From assembly GCF_009914755.1 (NCBI RefSeq), contig NC_060942.1: 64,000 nt of DNA; one strand, written 5' to 3'. The notes under the pieces are model-generated. The model was not told the origin of the DNA, made no database searches, and saw nothing but the letters and a program-made list of their open reading frames with translations. The DNA comes from the human T2T-CHM13v2.0 reference genome, Homo sapiens. Both the position numbers and the translations under genes were made by a program. Positions 1 through 16,808 of this stretch are shown here, in pieces; positions within the stretch are counted from its first letter, which is position 1; every line of letters starts with the position of its first letter.

Positions 1-3605
<3,605 letters not shown>

Positions 3606-4096
3606 GACTGCCCCAAGAATGACATCAAAGGTCCACCTTCTAAGTTATGAGACTAATATTCTCCACATCCTGGGCACCTACCTCTATGGATATACACATT
3701 GGAAAAATAGTCACACAAGAAAAAAACCTCATCAGACCAAATGGTGGGCAGAGGGCCACGGAGCCATGCTTACATGTATGAATCCCACTTCCAGTTCAGG
3801 TGGGGTCTGCATTAGCACATCCTGCCAGCAATACATGGTGGCCTAACAGGCTCCTAAGGCTGATTCAAACTTATTGTTTCAGGTGCAGGCTGCCCGGGAG
3901 CAGGGAGTGCAGGACTTGCTGACAGTCCCTTCGGTTTGCCAATGTACTTTCATATAATTCACAGAATGTGTATTAACACACACTGGAAAGTCTGAGTATG
4001 CTTGAACCTGAGTTTTCCCTAGAAAGCCATGCTACATTCACTCTTCCAGATCCATCATGCACCACACAGGACCTTGCACCACAAGTAATGTCTAAC

Positions 4097-4302
4097 CGGG
4101 GTGTCTAACTTTTGACTTCCCTGGCCACATTGGAAGAAGAAGAATTGTCTTGGGCCACACATAACACTGACACTAATGATATCTGATGAGCAAAAAAAAA
4201 AAAGAAAGTCCTCGCATAAATCTCATATTGTTTTAAGAAACTTCGGAAATTTGTGTTGGGCCACACTCAAAACTGTCCTGGGTCCCAGGTTGGACAAGCT
4301 TG
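4097..4302 (+). mobile_element. MER30 (hAT-Charlie MITE)
   Basis: GGGGTGTC...GGAAGAAGAAGAATTGTCTTGGGCCACACATAA...GGTTGGACAAGCTTG matches recalled MER30. GTCTAAC is duplicated at 4090-4096 and 4303-4309. Confidence 0.85.
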
Positions 4303-6288
4303 GTCTAACACAAGATGCCTCAAAACACAGATTTTAGAAACGCATGTGTTCTGCCTACATGTTCAGAAAAAAATGTGATATCCTTGCTTGGAGCCCCTCT
4401 GCAACTATATAAACAAACACATAAATGAGGTTATGTTGAATATTAGTCATGGTTCTTGGTGCTAAATGGAGAAAGAGGAAAATAAGTCATCTGAATGCTG
4501 CTTTCAGTTGCTCACTGGAAGGATGTGTGTGGATTTTCCTTTCCAACTCCTTCTTCCCTCCTCTTTTACCACGAGCAGTGCCAGCAGAAGCCAGTGCACC
4601 TGTTTGTGCTCTGTTTGTGCACTGACCTTGTAACATTTTGTTAGTTCATGATATTTCTTTATGCAGAGAGGATTAAGTTTTTTCCTTTTGATTTTATGTT
4701 TCACCTATGATGTCCCTGATAGTGTCAGTCCTTGGCACATCTGAGTATGAACTGATGTCCATAAACCATCAACTGTTTGTCACGTCTGACATTGCTGCAT
4801 ATTCAGGGCTGGTTAGTTTGGGAAAAAGAAAAAGTCAGGGGTTGTCACAGAAGTATGTAGGGGGAAATCCCAGTTACTTGATTTCCAAATAAAACAATAA
4901 AGGGCCACACTGATGTAAAAGTGATAGGTAACTTAATTGGATATATAAAGGTAGTCATTTTTAAAGCACTTTATTGTGAATGCACACACAACCTTCTTTC
5001 TTTGGAAAAGGAGCTCCACACTGTAGAATAGTAGTTGCCTGTATGCTATAATCTTGTTTCTCAGGCCGGAAACTATTCTGTTTATGCTAATTCCTTTAGG
5101 AATGAGGCTGTGGTGGGTGGGGTCTCATTAACAATATATTTTTAGTTTTATAAGGATTTGCATAAACTCACATTTCTCTACCCTTTATATGCATTGTGTA
5201 TTAAGGATTTAGGTGACTTAGAATTACTGTTATTTAGAGACAGGAAAATCAACATGCCATCTGCAGTCATAACTACTATGATGAGTGATCATAACATGCC
5301 TTATGAAGTTTACAGAGAATGAGGGAGAATGGGAAAGACAGAGTCATTATTTGTTGTTCTGTGTACACCGTGGTCTTTACTTCTTTTTCTAAAGAGTTGA
5401 TCACTAACAAGGAAATCACCAATGACCTTTCCCACACCACTCCATAGATGGGGTCAAACAACTTCCTTTTCCTTTCATGTAAACATACGGCCATTGCACT
5501 CACCTACAACATTTGGCACAGGCCGTACTTCTCATAACGGTAGAGTTTTGAAAAAAAGACAATTTACTAAATTAACTCAGTGTGGTTTAATTTTAATACT
5601 TGTGACAGAACTTCAAGTTGAAAAATTCACAAACCAGAGCATGTTTCCTAATTAGAGCCTCAGAAATTATAGTCACCACTTTATATTCCATGCCTTCAGG
5701 TTCTTATAGAGTAACCAGAATGGGAGCTGAAGTGTTGCAGAAACACACTTGAGGAGCTACATCTTCAAATCAAATTATTCTCTTTCATTATGCTATTGAG
5801 ACATATTTAAGAAACCTCAACTAATGTACGAAGTTATGGCTGGGACAAATCTTCCTACCCCATTCTCCCGTAAATGGCTCATAAATATCAAATGCTGCTC
5901 GGCCTCTTCCAGTTGCCACCACACTCTCCCCACAACCCAAAAAACAAATGTATGTACCAATGTTGTCATGCCATTTGTCTTATTTTATTGACAATACTTT
6001 GAGTTAGTAGTGTTAACTAGCCAAAACATTCCAGTGATACTGCCATGCTTACTATGAAGCCCTAATAGGGAATTTGTTAACTGTGTAAGTGACAAACATG
6101 CATCACAAACAACTTCTATACAGCTCTACTTAGTGTAGTTCTTAAAATGTTTGACGCCCACTCCATGCCATACTAGCCCTGCTGCATAGATAACATCTCT
6201 GCCATTAGATAAAGGCCATCCCAAGGAGCCCAGCAAAATACATTCAGACTGTATAACTCTGTGGTATACGATAACAAAATTCTCTTAC

Positions 6289-6312
6289 CTTGCATCGTCG
6301 TTTTTGTTGGTT
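6289..6312 (-). other. Candidate 24-nt micro-exon of an unidentified minus-strand gene
   Basis: Minus strand: long pyrimidine tract ...ttgctcattcctctgttctcAG|AACCAACAAAAACGACGATGCAAG|GTAAGA. Length is a multiple of 3, no stop in any frame, two CpGs retained. Confidence 0.55.
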
Positions 6313-6767
6313 CTGAGAACAGAGGAATGAGCAAGAGGTAGATAAGGTAGACAAAGGAGAGCCCATTGTATCGGAATGCACATGCTGTGGGTGGGAAGAG
6401 AGAAGAGAGTGAGAAGATCATTAACAAAGGCAGGTTGACAAAACCAGGGGTGCATAACAAAAGATGGTCTCAGATGTCACTGGATCAAACAGTGTCACTT
6501 CCTGAATAGATATGTCAATTAAACAGTAATAAATTAGGTATTTATTCTATGTTCATCACTGTGTTGAGCATGACGAGAAACAGATAATTAAAATACATCA
6601 TCACTGGTCTTAAAATCTAACCAAGAAATCTGAAGGTAAAAGACAAAACTATTGAAAATAATAATAGCTACAATAATTTAAGGGATACATAGTACAAAAA
6701 GATGTAAATTGTGACACCAAACACATAAAATGTTATTGGGGGTGGACTATAAAAGTGCAGACTTTTT

Positions 6768-7107
<340 letters not shown>

Positions 7108-7350
7108 TAAAATACTCTGTGATACTATAAAATGCTTTATGCAAGCCTCATGGTCACCACAAAGCAAAAACCTATAGTAGATACAAAGTAGACAAAAAGT
7201 ACAAAATCGAAGCATACCACTAGAGAAAATCACCAAATCACAAAGGAAGACAGCAAGACAGAAAGAAATGAAAAAACTGAAGTACAAAACAATCAGAAAA
7301 TAACAAACAAAATGACAGTAGTAAGTCCTTAGCTACCAATGATTACCTTA

Positions 7351-7468
7351 ATACAATGTATACTATTAGGTGATGGTTACACTAAAAGCCCAGACTTCAC
7401 TACTAGGCAATATATCTATGTAATAAAACTGCACTTGTACACCCTAAATATATAAAAATAAAAAATAA
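7351..7468 (+). mobile_element. 5'-truncated L1 3' end (L1PB/L1MA-type) nested in the older L1
   Basis: TACACTAAAAGCCCAGACTTCAC...AAAACTGCACTTGTAC...A-tail, typical of these L1 3' UTR ends. Confidence 0.8.
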
Positions 7469-8030
7469 CATTTTTTTCCTCCATTAGGCCCTATTAGGCC
7501 AATGGAGAAATCTAGCAATAAAAGGCAAATGTAACCATACTTTCTTTAAGAAAAAAAAAATTATCTTGAATGTAAATGGATTAAATTCTCCAATCAAAAG
7601 ACATAGCTTGGATGAAAGAATCTTTTAAAGACCCAAGTATATGCTGCCTGCAAGAAACTCACTTCACATTTAAGAATACACAGAGACTGAAGGTGAAAGG
7701 ATGGAAAAAGATATTCTACGCAAATCAAAACCAAAGGACAGCAGGGATAGCTAGACTTATATCAGATAAAATAGACTTTAAGTTAAGAACTGTAAAATGA
7801 GACAAAGAAGTAGAGGGATCAATTGTAATGGTTGTAAATATATATGCACCCAAGATTGGAACATCTACATATATAAAGCAAATATCAACGGATATAAATG
7901 AAGAGATAGACTATAATGTAATAATAGCAGGGACCTCAATATCCATTTTTACAAATGGACAGATTATCCAGACAGAAAATTAATAAGAAAACATCAGACT
8001 TAAACTACATTTTTGACCAAATGAATCTAA

Positions 8031-8380
<350 letters not shown>

Positions 8381-10186
8381 AGAATACACGTTCTTCTTAA
8401 GCACACATGGAGGATTCTCAGAATAGAGCATAAGTTAGGTCACAAAATAAGTCTCAACAATTTTAAGAAAACTGAAATCATATCAAGTGTCTTTTCCAAC
8501 CACAATGGTACAAAACTAGAAATCAAAAACAGGAGGAATTTCAGAAAATTTGCAAATACACGGAAATTAAACAACACGCTCCTAAACAGTCAATGAGTCA
8601 AAGAAGAAAGTAAGAAAGTAAAAGGGAGATTAGAAAATACCTTGGGATTAGCAAAATTGGACACACAAGATACCAAAACTTATGGAATCCAGCAAAAGCA
8701 GTTCTAAGAGAGAAGCTTATAGCAATAAATGCTTACATAAAAAAAAAGAAAGATCTCAAACAACCTAGCATTACACCTCAAGGAACAAGAAAAAGAAAAG
8801 CTAACCAAGCCCAAAGTTGGTAGAAGGAAAGAAATAATAAAGATCAGACCAGAAACAAATGAAACAGACAATAGAAAACCAATAGAAAAGGCCAACAAAA
8901 CTATGAGTTGGTTTTTTGAAAAGAAATAGAATCCACAAACCTTAGACTCAGAAGAAGACAGAAGATGCAAAAAATTAAGATTAGAAATGAAAGAGGAGAC
9001 ATTACCACTGATTTCACATGAGTATAAAGGATTATAAGAGATTTCTATGAGCAATTATACATTAATAAACTGGATAACCTAGAGGAAATGAATAAATTCC
9101 TAGCAATATACAACCTACCATGATGGAATCATGAAGAAATAAAAAATCTGAGCAGACTAGTAAAAAGTAAGGAGATTGGAATCGGTGATAAAAAGTCTCC
9201 CCTCAAAAATAAATGAATAAATAAATAAAAGCCCAGGACCTCATGAATTCTACCAAACATTTAAGGAGAAATAATATCAATTCTTCTCAAATTCTTCCAA
9301 GAAAATTAAAGAAGAGGGAATACTTGCAAAGTCATCCTATGTGGTCATCACTACCCTGATACCAAAACCAGACAAGGATAATACAAGGAAAGAAAATTAC
9401 AGGCCAGTGTCCTTGATGAACACAGATGCACAAGTACTCAACAAAATGCAAGCAAACCCCACTCGGCAATGCATTAAAAGCCTCCTTCATCATGATCAAG
9501 TGGGCTTTATCCCAGGGATGCAAGAATGGTTCAACATACCTATAGCTGTCAATGTGATACACCACATTAACAGAATGAAGAACAAAAGCCATATATCTTC
9601 TCAAAAGATGCAGAAAAACTATCTGACAAAATTCAACACCCTTCATGGTAAAAATTCTCAACAAATTACATATAGAAGAAATGGACTTCAACACAATAAA
9701 GGCCATATGTAACACACACACAGCTAATATCACACTCAACAATGACAATTTAAAGCTTTTCTTTTAAGACCAGAATCAAGACAAGGATGCCTACTCTTGA
9801 CACTTCCATTCAATGTGGTACAGGAAGTCCTAGGCAGAGGAATTAGGCAAGAAAAAGAAATCAATACATCAAAATTGGAAAGGAAGAGGCAAAGCAAATT
9901 TGTGTTTGCAGATGACATGATCTTATATTAAGAAAACCCTAAAGATTCAACCAAAAAATTTTTAGAACTAATTAATTCAGTAAAGTTTCAAAATACAAAA
10001 TCAACACAAGAAAATCAGTAGTATTTGCTATATGCTAACAATGAACTATCTGAAAAAGAAATTTAAAAAATCCCATTCACAATAGCTACAAATAATACTT
10101 AGAAATAAATCTAACCAAGGAGGTGAAAGACCTATAAATGGAAGAATATAAAACATTGATAATAGAAATTGAAGAAGACACAAATA

Positions 10187-10473
10187 CAGTCATGGACCTC
10201 TTAGCATCAGCAATATGCTCTGAGAAATGCATTGTTAGGTAGTTTTGTCCTTGTGGGAACTGTGTGCTTACATAAACAAAGATGGTATGCCCTACTGCAC
10301 ACCTAGACATATGGTGTAGCCTACTGCTCCTAGGCCAAAAACCTATGCAGCATATGTTACTGTGCTGAATACTATAGACAACTGTAATACAATGGTAAGG
10401 ATTTATGTATCTAAACATATCTAAATACAGAAAAAGTACAGTAAAAATACGGCACTATAATCTTAGGGGACCA
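10187..10473 (-). mobile_element. Tigger3a/MER7A-like DNA transposon, one end missing
   Basis: TA followed by CAGTCATG terminus; internal TGAGAAATGCATTGTTAGG and AAAAAGTACAGTAAAAATACGG...TATAATCTTA match recalled Tigger3a. Confidence 0.8.
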
Positions 10474-11534
10474 ACCCCACAGACTGTCAACATTCCTGCT
10501 TGGTGACTATCAAGGGGCATGGAGATCAAGCCCTGAACAGAGATGTTTGTTGAAATAATAAGAAAAAATGAACTCTCTGAAGGAAAGAACACTAAAGAGA
10601 GGCACGAAGGAGGCAGGTGTTTGTCTTAGCTCTGCCTACATGTGGGATGAGAGGGGGCAAGCAAACTGGCAGGTAGGAAAGAAAAAAGCAGCAGAAAAAT
10701 TCGAGACGGATATGAGAAAAACCAGGAAAGCCTAGCTTCACAAAGGGAAAGGTTTTCACAAAAGAAGTCCACTGCAAAAGGGAGACTAGACTGTCGTGAC
10801 TGCTGGTAAGGATGTCCTTGCAGGCCCTCGCAGAAGGGCTTCAGCCCAGAAGGAAGGAAGGAAGTCAACCTATGGAAGTGCAGTGAACGTGCTGCCACAA
10901 CCAGGAAGCTGGAAGCAAGAAGGGGAGGCCCGGGAGACTGAGCAGAGGACGCCAGGGAACAGACTGGGCCTAAGTGCTCCTGGTCACAGAAGTGCTGGGC
11001 ATCAGGGACTAGGGCGCAGTCCAGGCTGAGGGGACACATCAGGATGCGAGTGGCGGGTACCCAGACAGGAAGACCAGATCAAGAAGCACTAATCCCAGAA
11101 TGCGGACAACAGGAGCATAGCACACTCCAGCCAAGGGTCTGCATTAGAACCCGTGGTGCCTGCTTCCATGGCTGATTCTAGAAGTCAGCGAGGAAAGAAG
11201 CAAAATGCAATAATTTTATTGCAATAAAAATGCAATAAAGCAAAATCCATGGGAGAAGAGAACAGGAATCGAAAAGAAGTTCTTTTTATCCCAAAGGAGT
11301 CATGCACATATTTGTTGCTTTCTACACCACTCCCCACATCCCAACCTCCTTTCTTAAAGATTCAAAGCAGAAAGAAATGTTCACACCACAGATTGGAGTG
11401 ACAGGCAAATATAGGTGATCTGCAAGAACAAGAACAAGAACACAAGCTCAGATTCTCTTTCCAGCTGCTTTTTCTCTCCTGCTTATTTCTCATCCAGAGT
11501 TGAAGTCTTTTATAGAACATTGTAGAGACATTTG

Positions 11535-12040
11535 GTCATTCATCTGCCAACAAACATGTAGTGAGCACACACTGTGTGATGGGCGTTGTCCCAGGTGTTT
11601 GGGCTACATCAGAGAGCAAAACGGAAATGAGAGATTGTACCCTGCCTTTGGGAGCTGACGTTCTGGTGGGGAGACAGTAGTGAACAATGGGCATAGTCAA
11701 AGGCAAAGCATGTGGTATGTTGGAAAGGAAGTGCTATGTCCACAAGAAGTCCAGCCAGAGAAGGGAAGGCTGCAGCCTAGGGGAAGGGAGGCTTGCAGGG
11801 GAAAGTGAGGTTGAAGCCCAGAGGTGAGGGAGGTGATGAGCTGAGTGAGCGATTCCTGTCAATTCCCATAGGAGAAGCACTCAGGCAAAGTGGAAGCAAG
11901 CCTGACCCTTCCAACTCACGGAAGACAGCCCCAAAGAGCCCAGTGTGCAAGCAGAGGCCTCCAGGAGGCCGGATCATGCCAGGCCTTGCAAGGGCTCCGG
12001 GGACTTTGGTTTTCCCTCTGAGTGGCCATGGAAGTGATCA
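11535..12040 (-). mobile_element. L2 fragment
   Basis: TCATTCAT...CAACAAACAT...GAGCAC...CCTGCCTTTGGGAGCTGAC pattern of a reversed L2 3' end; boundaries approximate. Confidence 0.6.
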
Positions 12041-12089
12041 TTCTTCCCCTGGGTTTGGGGCTGCCTGGCTCCTGCTCTGCTAGCAGCTC

Positions 12090-12425
12090 CAGTTTCCCAC
12101 CCGTGCCCACCCTGCGCTCCATGCTACTGCAAAACTACATCACCTGCATCTGCCCTGTCCTTTCTGCATCAGGCATCTTCCTGCACAGCTCACATGCTTC
12201 CCCTCCTGGAAGCTGTCCAGGACCATACCCTCCTCCAACAGAGATTTCTTAGTCCCTGGTACCCCTCAAGCCTATGTCTCATCCAGCACCCCTTGCATGT
12301 ACTTCTACGTCAGTGGGGCCCTTCAGTAGGGTAGAATCTTTGTTATCTCTGTCATCTCCATACCCATTACTGTATCTGCTCCAGAGTAGGGGATCCATGC
12401 TTACAAAATGAATGAATGAATAAAA
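12090..12425 (+). mobile_element. L2 3' fragment
   Basis: Ends in TGAATGAATGAATAAA, the L2 terminal microsatellite; boundaries approximate. Confidence 0.5.
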
Positions 12426-12704
12426 ACAAAATGAAAACAGCTTGATCTAAAAGAAACCGAAGGGTATCAAGGTATGCAGAATTTCTGGTGGCAATAAAAT
12501 CACCCCAATTGACATGGCCCCCAAATAAAAATGTAATAAATAGAACATTTCTCTTTTTTTTAGCCTAGGTGAGATTTTTTAATGTTAATCCATGTTGGAC
12601 ATAAAATTACCTAATTCTGTGAATTTCTGGGTCAAAAGAAGAATAAAAGTCGCTCACATGATTGTACCATCTTAAAGAGCATGCATAGTGCATGTAACTA
12701 TTCA

Positions 12705-12950
12705 TTTATGTTAGTAATAGCTCATACTAATGTGCTTACTGTGTGACAAGCCCGGATCTATGCATTTCACGTCAATTAACTCTTGTAGTTATTATCATCA
12801 TTTTACAAAGTCTTTTATTTCTTTTTACATGTGAAGAAGCAGGCCCAGTGGGTACAGCTATGTAGCCTGGCTGAGGTTTGCACCACTGCAGTCGGGATCC
12901 TGAGTCTGTGCTGTCTTCAAGAAGTGCATGACCTCACCGCCGTACCACAT
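12705..12950 (-). mobile_element. MIR fragment
   Basis: TAATAGCT...GTGCTTACTGTGTG...TTTTACATGTGAAGAAGCAGGCCCAG resembles the reversed MIR core. Confidence 0.5.
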
Positions 12951-13360
12951 CCTTATTCTGTGTGTCTTTCTCACCAGTGAAATGTCAAGGGCTCAGTAAG
13001 GTCAAGGCCGAGCTAGGATTACAGGTATAAGCCACCGCCCCCAGGCAACAACTGCTTCTTTATCAAGTGTGATATTGCCTCAGACCCCTTCACGCACCCT
13101 CTGCACTTAGCACAGGGCCCTCTGTGAACATGATGGCAAATGCTCTGTATGTATGTTGTTGTTTCAAATTTTTATAACTTTGCTATGTAAGGCTTTATAT
13201 TATTTGCAATCAAAATACATATATTCAGGAAGATTTCCTATGATTAACTTTGGAGGCGGGAGAACAGAGCCTGGTCTTGGTTTCCCACATCACAACCTTC
13301 TAGTTACCATTATTTATAGCAAAGTCCAACAAGCTATGGAGAGGACAAGGGTGGCCCAGG

Positions 13361-13737
13361 GTGGTGGGCAGCCTCTAAAACCACCCCCAGTGGTCCCCAT
13401 CTCCTTGTGTTCACATCCATTTGTGCAATCACCTCTTCTTGAGTGTGGGCTGTAGCTAGAGCCTCACTTATAATGAACAGAATACAGTAAAAGTATTGGG
13501 GCACCACTTCCACAGCTAAGCTACAAAAGGGTTAAGGCTTGTCTTGAGCATCCCCTCTCCCTTGCTCACCCTGCGGGAAGCCAGCTGCTGTGCTACATGT
13601 GTCCTTCAGAGAGGCCCGTGTGGCAAAGGACTGAGATTTCCACCCAAAAGCCACCCGAGTCAGCTTGGAGGCAGGTCCTGCTCTGACAACATGCTCACTC
13701 GAGTGTCCCTGGATGCAGCAATAGATAACTAGTGCAC
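13361..13737 (+). mobile_element. MaLR solo LTR (MLT1F-like)
   Basis: GGGCAGCCTCTAA...CTTGAGTGTGGGCTG...GAAGCCAGCTGC...AGAGGCCC.TGTGGCAAAGGACTGAG...GCAGCAATAGATAAC. Confidence 0.7.
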
Positions 13738-13981
13738 AAACTAAAAAATAAATAAAATAAATAAAAAATAAACCACCTCCAAAAATCCAGCTTCACTTAC
13801 TTTTCATTTGAAATCATCCCATTTGACAGATGGCAGTCACAATTTTACTTGATGTATGTGAAGATGCTACCCAAAAGTTATCCAAAACTACGAGGGCTTT
13901 AAATGCTATTATTTAAGTGAGTTATCTCCATCTAGGGCAAAATATGCCTTTGAACTTGGCAATATGGCACATTCAAGCTAG

Positions 13982-14309
<328 letters not shown>

Positions 14310-15729
14310 AATAACTGCTTCTTTATCAAGTGTGATACTGCCTTTGTTCAAGATCTGGAGACATTTAAAGCACATTCATTCCTTTTCATAACGAGCGACC
14401 ATATTCTCGCTGCACAATGTCCCCTGATACCCCACCTTTCTTGGTGGATTCTCAGGGAGCTGTACCTTCATCCTCTGGCAGCAACAATGTTACCGTTGAC
14501 AGAACAACAAAAATGCAGGTCAATGTGTTTAAAGGAAAAAGATTATTTGCTTTAGCTAAGGTGCTTTAGCACTGTAGTTTCCACTATTTGTACCTGGTTT
14601 TAACCATCCAAAATTATACAACAGCTGACAGTAATTCCCCAAACAAAAGACCTTTCCAGGCCTGAAGAACTCACAATCAAAAACTGAGATAACAAGTTAT
14701 CAAGTGAAGTGCTTTATAAACATTAATACTGCCATGTGAATTGTAAACACTTGGACTTGCCTCATTCATGAGTTTTATTTTCTAAAGATGAAAGATGGTG
14801 TGCAATTTGGAAAAAACTCAAGAAGTAGGAAAAATGATCGATTTGACTTTGACAATTTACAATGTGTCAATATAGAAAGGGGGAAAATCTCTTGCAAATA
14901 TGAAATGGTTAAGGTGGCCACATAACATTTGTAAAAATACTTGTGTTGCAATAGATATAGAATAATTTTCCTGTTACTGCACTATGATCACAGAGAGGTT
15001 TACGCACACTTTAATTTACCATTCTATAGTAGCTCAAGGCAGTAATTTTAGATTATGCTATTAAAGGTAAGTGCTCTCAGAGCTAAATTTTTGGCAAGAT
15101 GTGCCCTCCCAGTTCCTTTATCCCTTTAGCAAGGCCAAACAAGGTCTCACTCTTAATGGCCTAGGCAACAGTGCCTTAAATGTTTAGAAGCTCCATTTCT
15201 ACTAAGTGTGTTTTAAATGCTCTTTATTGCCTCAAGGAGCTTTGTTTATTTTAACAGTTGCCACAGCAGTAGATAGGTAAACATTACTCCGAATAAGCAA
15301 CTTTAAAACGAACTGACAAAACAGTTCTGTCGGTCCAGTAATTCTAGAAATCGTTTGTATCTTTAATAATTTTCTTTCTGTACGCTGAAGCAATTGATTG
15401 CTTTTAAAAGGACATTCTTTCAAAATTATGGTTATTTTATGAATAGAAAAAAAAGAGAAATAGCTACAAAGTGTTTACAATAGAGCAGGAAAAGAAAATT
15501 AAACAACCATAGATTTTTTCCTGAGGAAGCAAACCTGTCAAAGAAATGAGAGAAAGGAAAAAGGCTGTTATGTCACCTGATTCATTGTCTATCAGTGTAG
15601 AATTCTTTCCCCCATTATCTACTCTGTGTTTTACATCGGTTGAAACCGTAAATGTCTCAAACAGCGATGCTTTAGAGCAGCAGACAGTTGAGACAAGAAC
15701 ATTCTCTTCCTCTCCCCCTCTAGTCTCAC

Positions 15730-15765
15730 CTCCGTGCCCACTGGCGGTCTTGTCCCAGGTGCTTC
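15730..15765 (-). other. Candidate 36-nt micro-exon of an unidentified minus-strand gene
   Basis: Minus strand: aatttttgtaactttctgtAG|GAAGCACCTGGGACAAGACCGCCAGTGGGCACGGAG|GTGAGA. GC-rich island in AT-rich flanks, multiple of 3, open in all frames. Confidence 0.55.
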
Positions 15766-15924
15766 CTACAGAAAGTTACAAAAATTATTTCTTCAAGAAG
15801 GACAATGCCAGTCTCTCCCACCACCGTTCAGAAAGGCAAGACATATGCTTACATACGTATTCTTATCACGTAGCACCTGTGTCAGATTCTTTATGCACAC
15901 CAAAACGTGCTCACATATGTGTGA

Positions 15925-16247
<323 letters not shown>

Positions 16248-16808
16248 TACAGATATATTTCAAATAAGAAAATATGCTCTCCCATTTAGTCATGTTTTAA
16301 CATTACATTTTTATTCTGAAATGTGTGAAGGCTGACAATGCTGCAGTGTGTCAGCACAACGCTGAACTGATCAGTCAAGTATTCCTCACACTTCAAGAAA
16401 GAGAAACACAGAAACATTGTATTCTACATTAATTTCATTAAATAAATTATTTAAAACAATGTGATTTTAGGGTAAAGCCTAAAGGAAAACAAGACTTTTA
16501 CAAGATAATAGATTATAAGGACTTGTATTAGAAAATCATAACTACTACTCAATTTCCTAAAATTTTGAAACCAATCTAAGGAAAAAAATCCAGTAAAACC
16601 ATCTTATTTATAAAGGAAAAAAGGCTTTGGTCTGAATTTTCTGCTTTTTCCAAACAACTGGAGATACTATTTGTAAACTATGAGTTGGAACAGATGATTA
16701 CTAAGATCTTAGTTTGTTTTTTTTTTGGCCATTAGTTTAAAAATTTGTTGCCTTTTAATTTAGTATACAAAGGTAGGATTCTGTTATCTATGTCAACATA
16801 TACACTTA

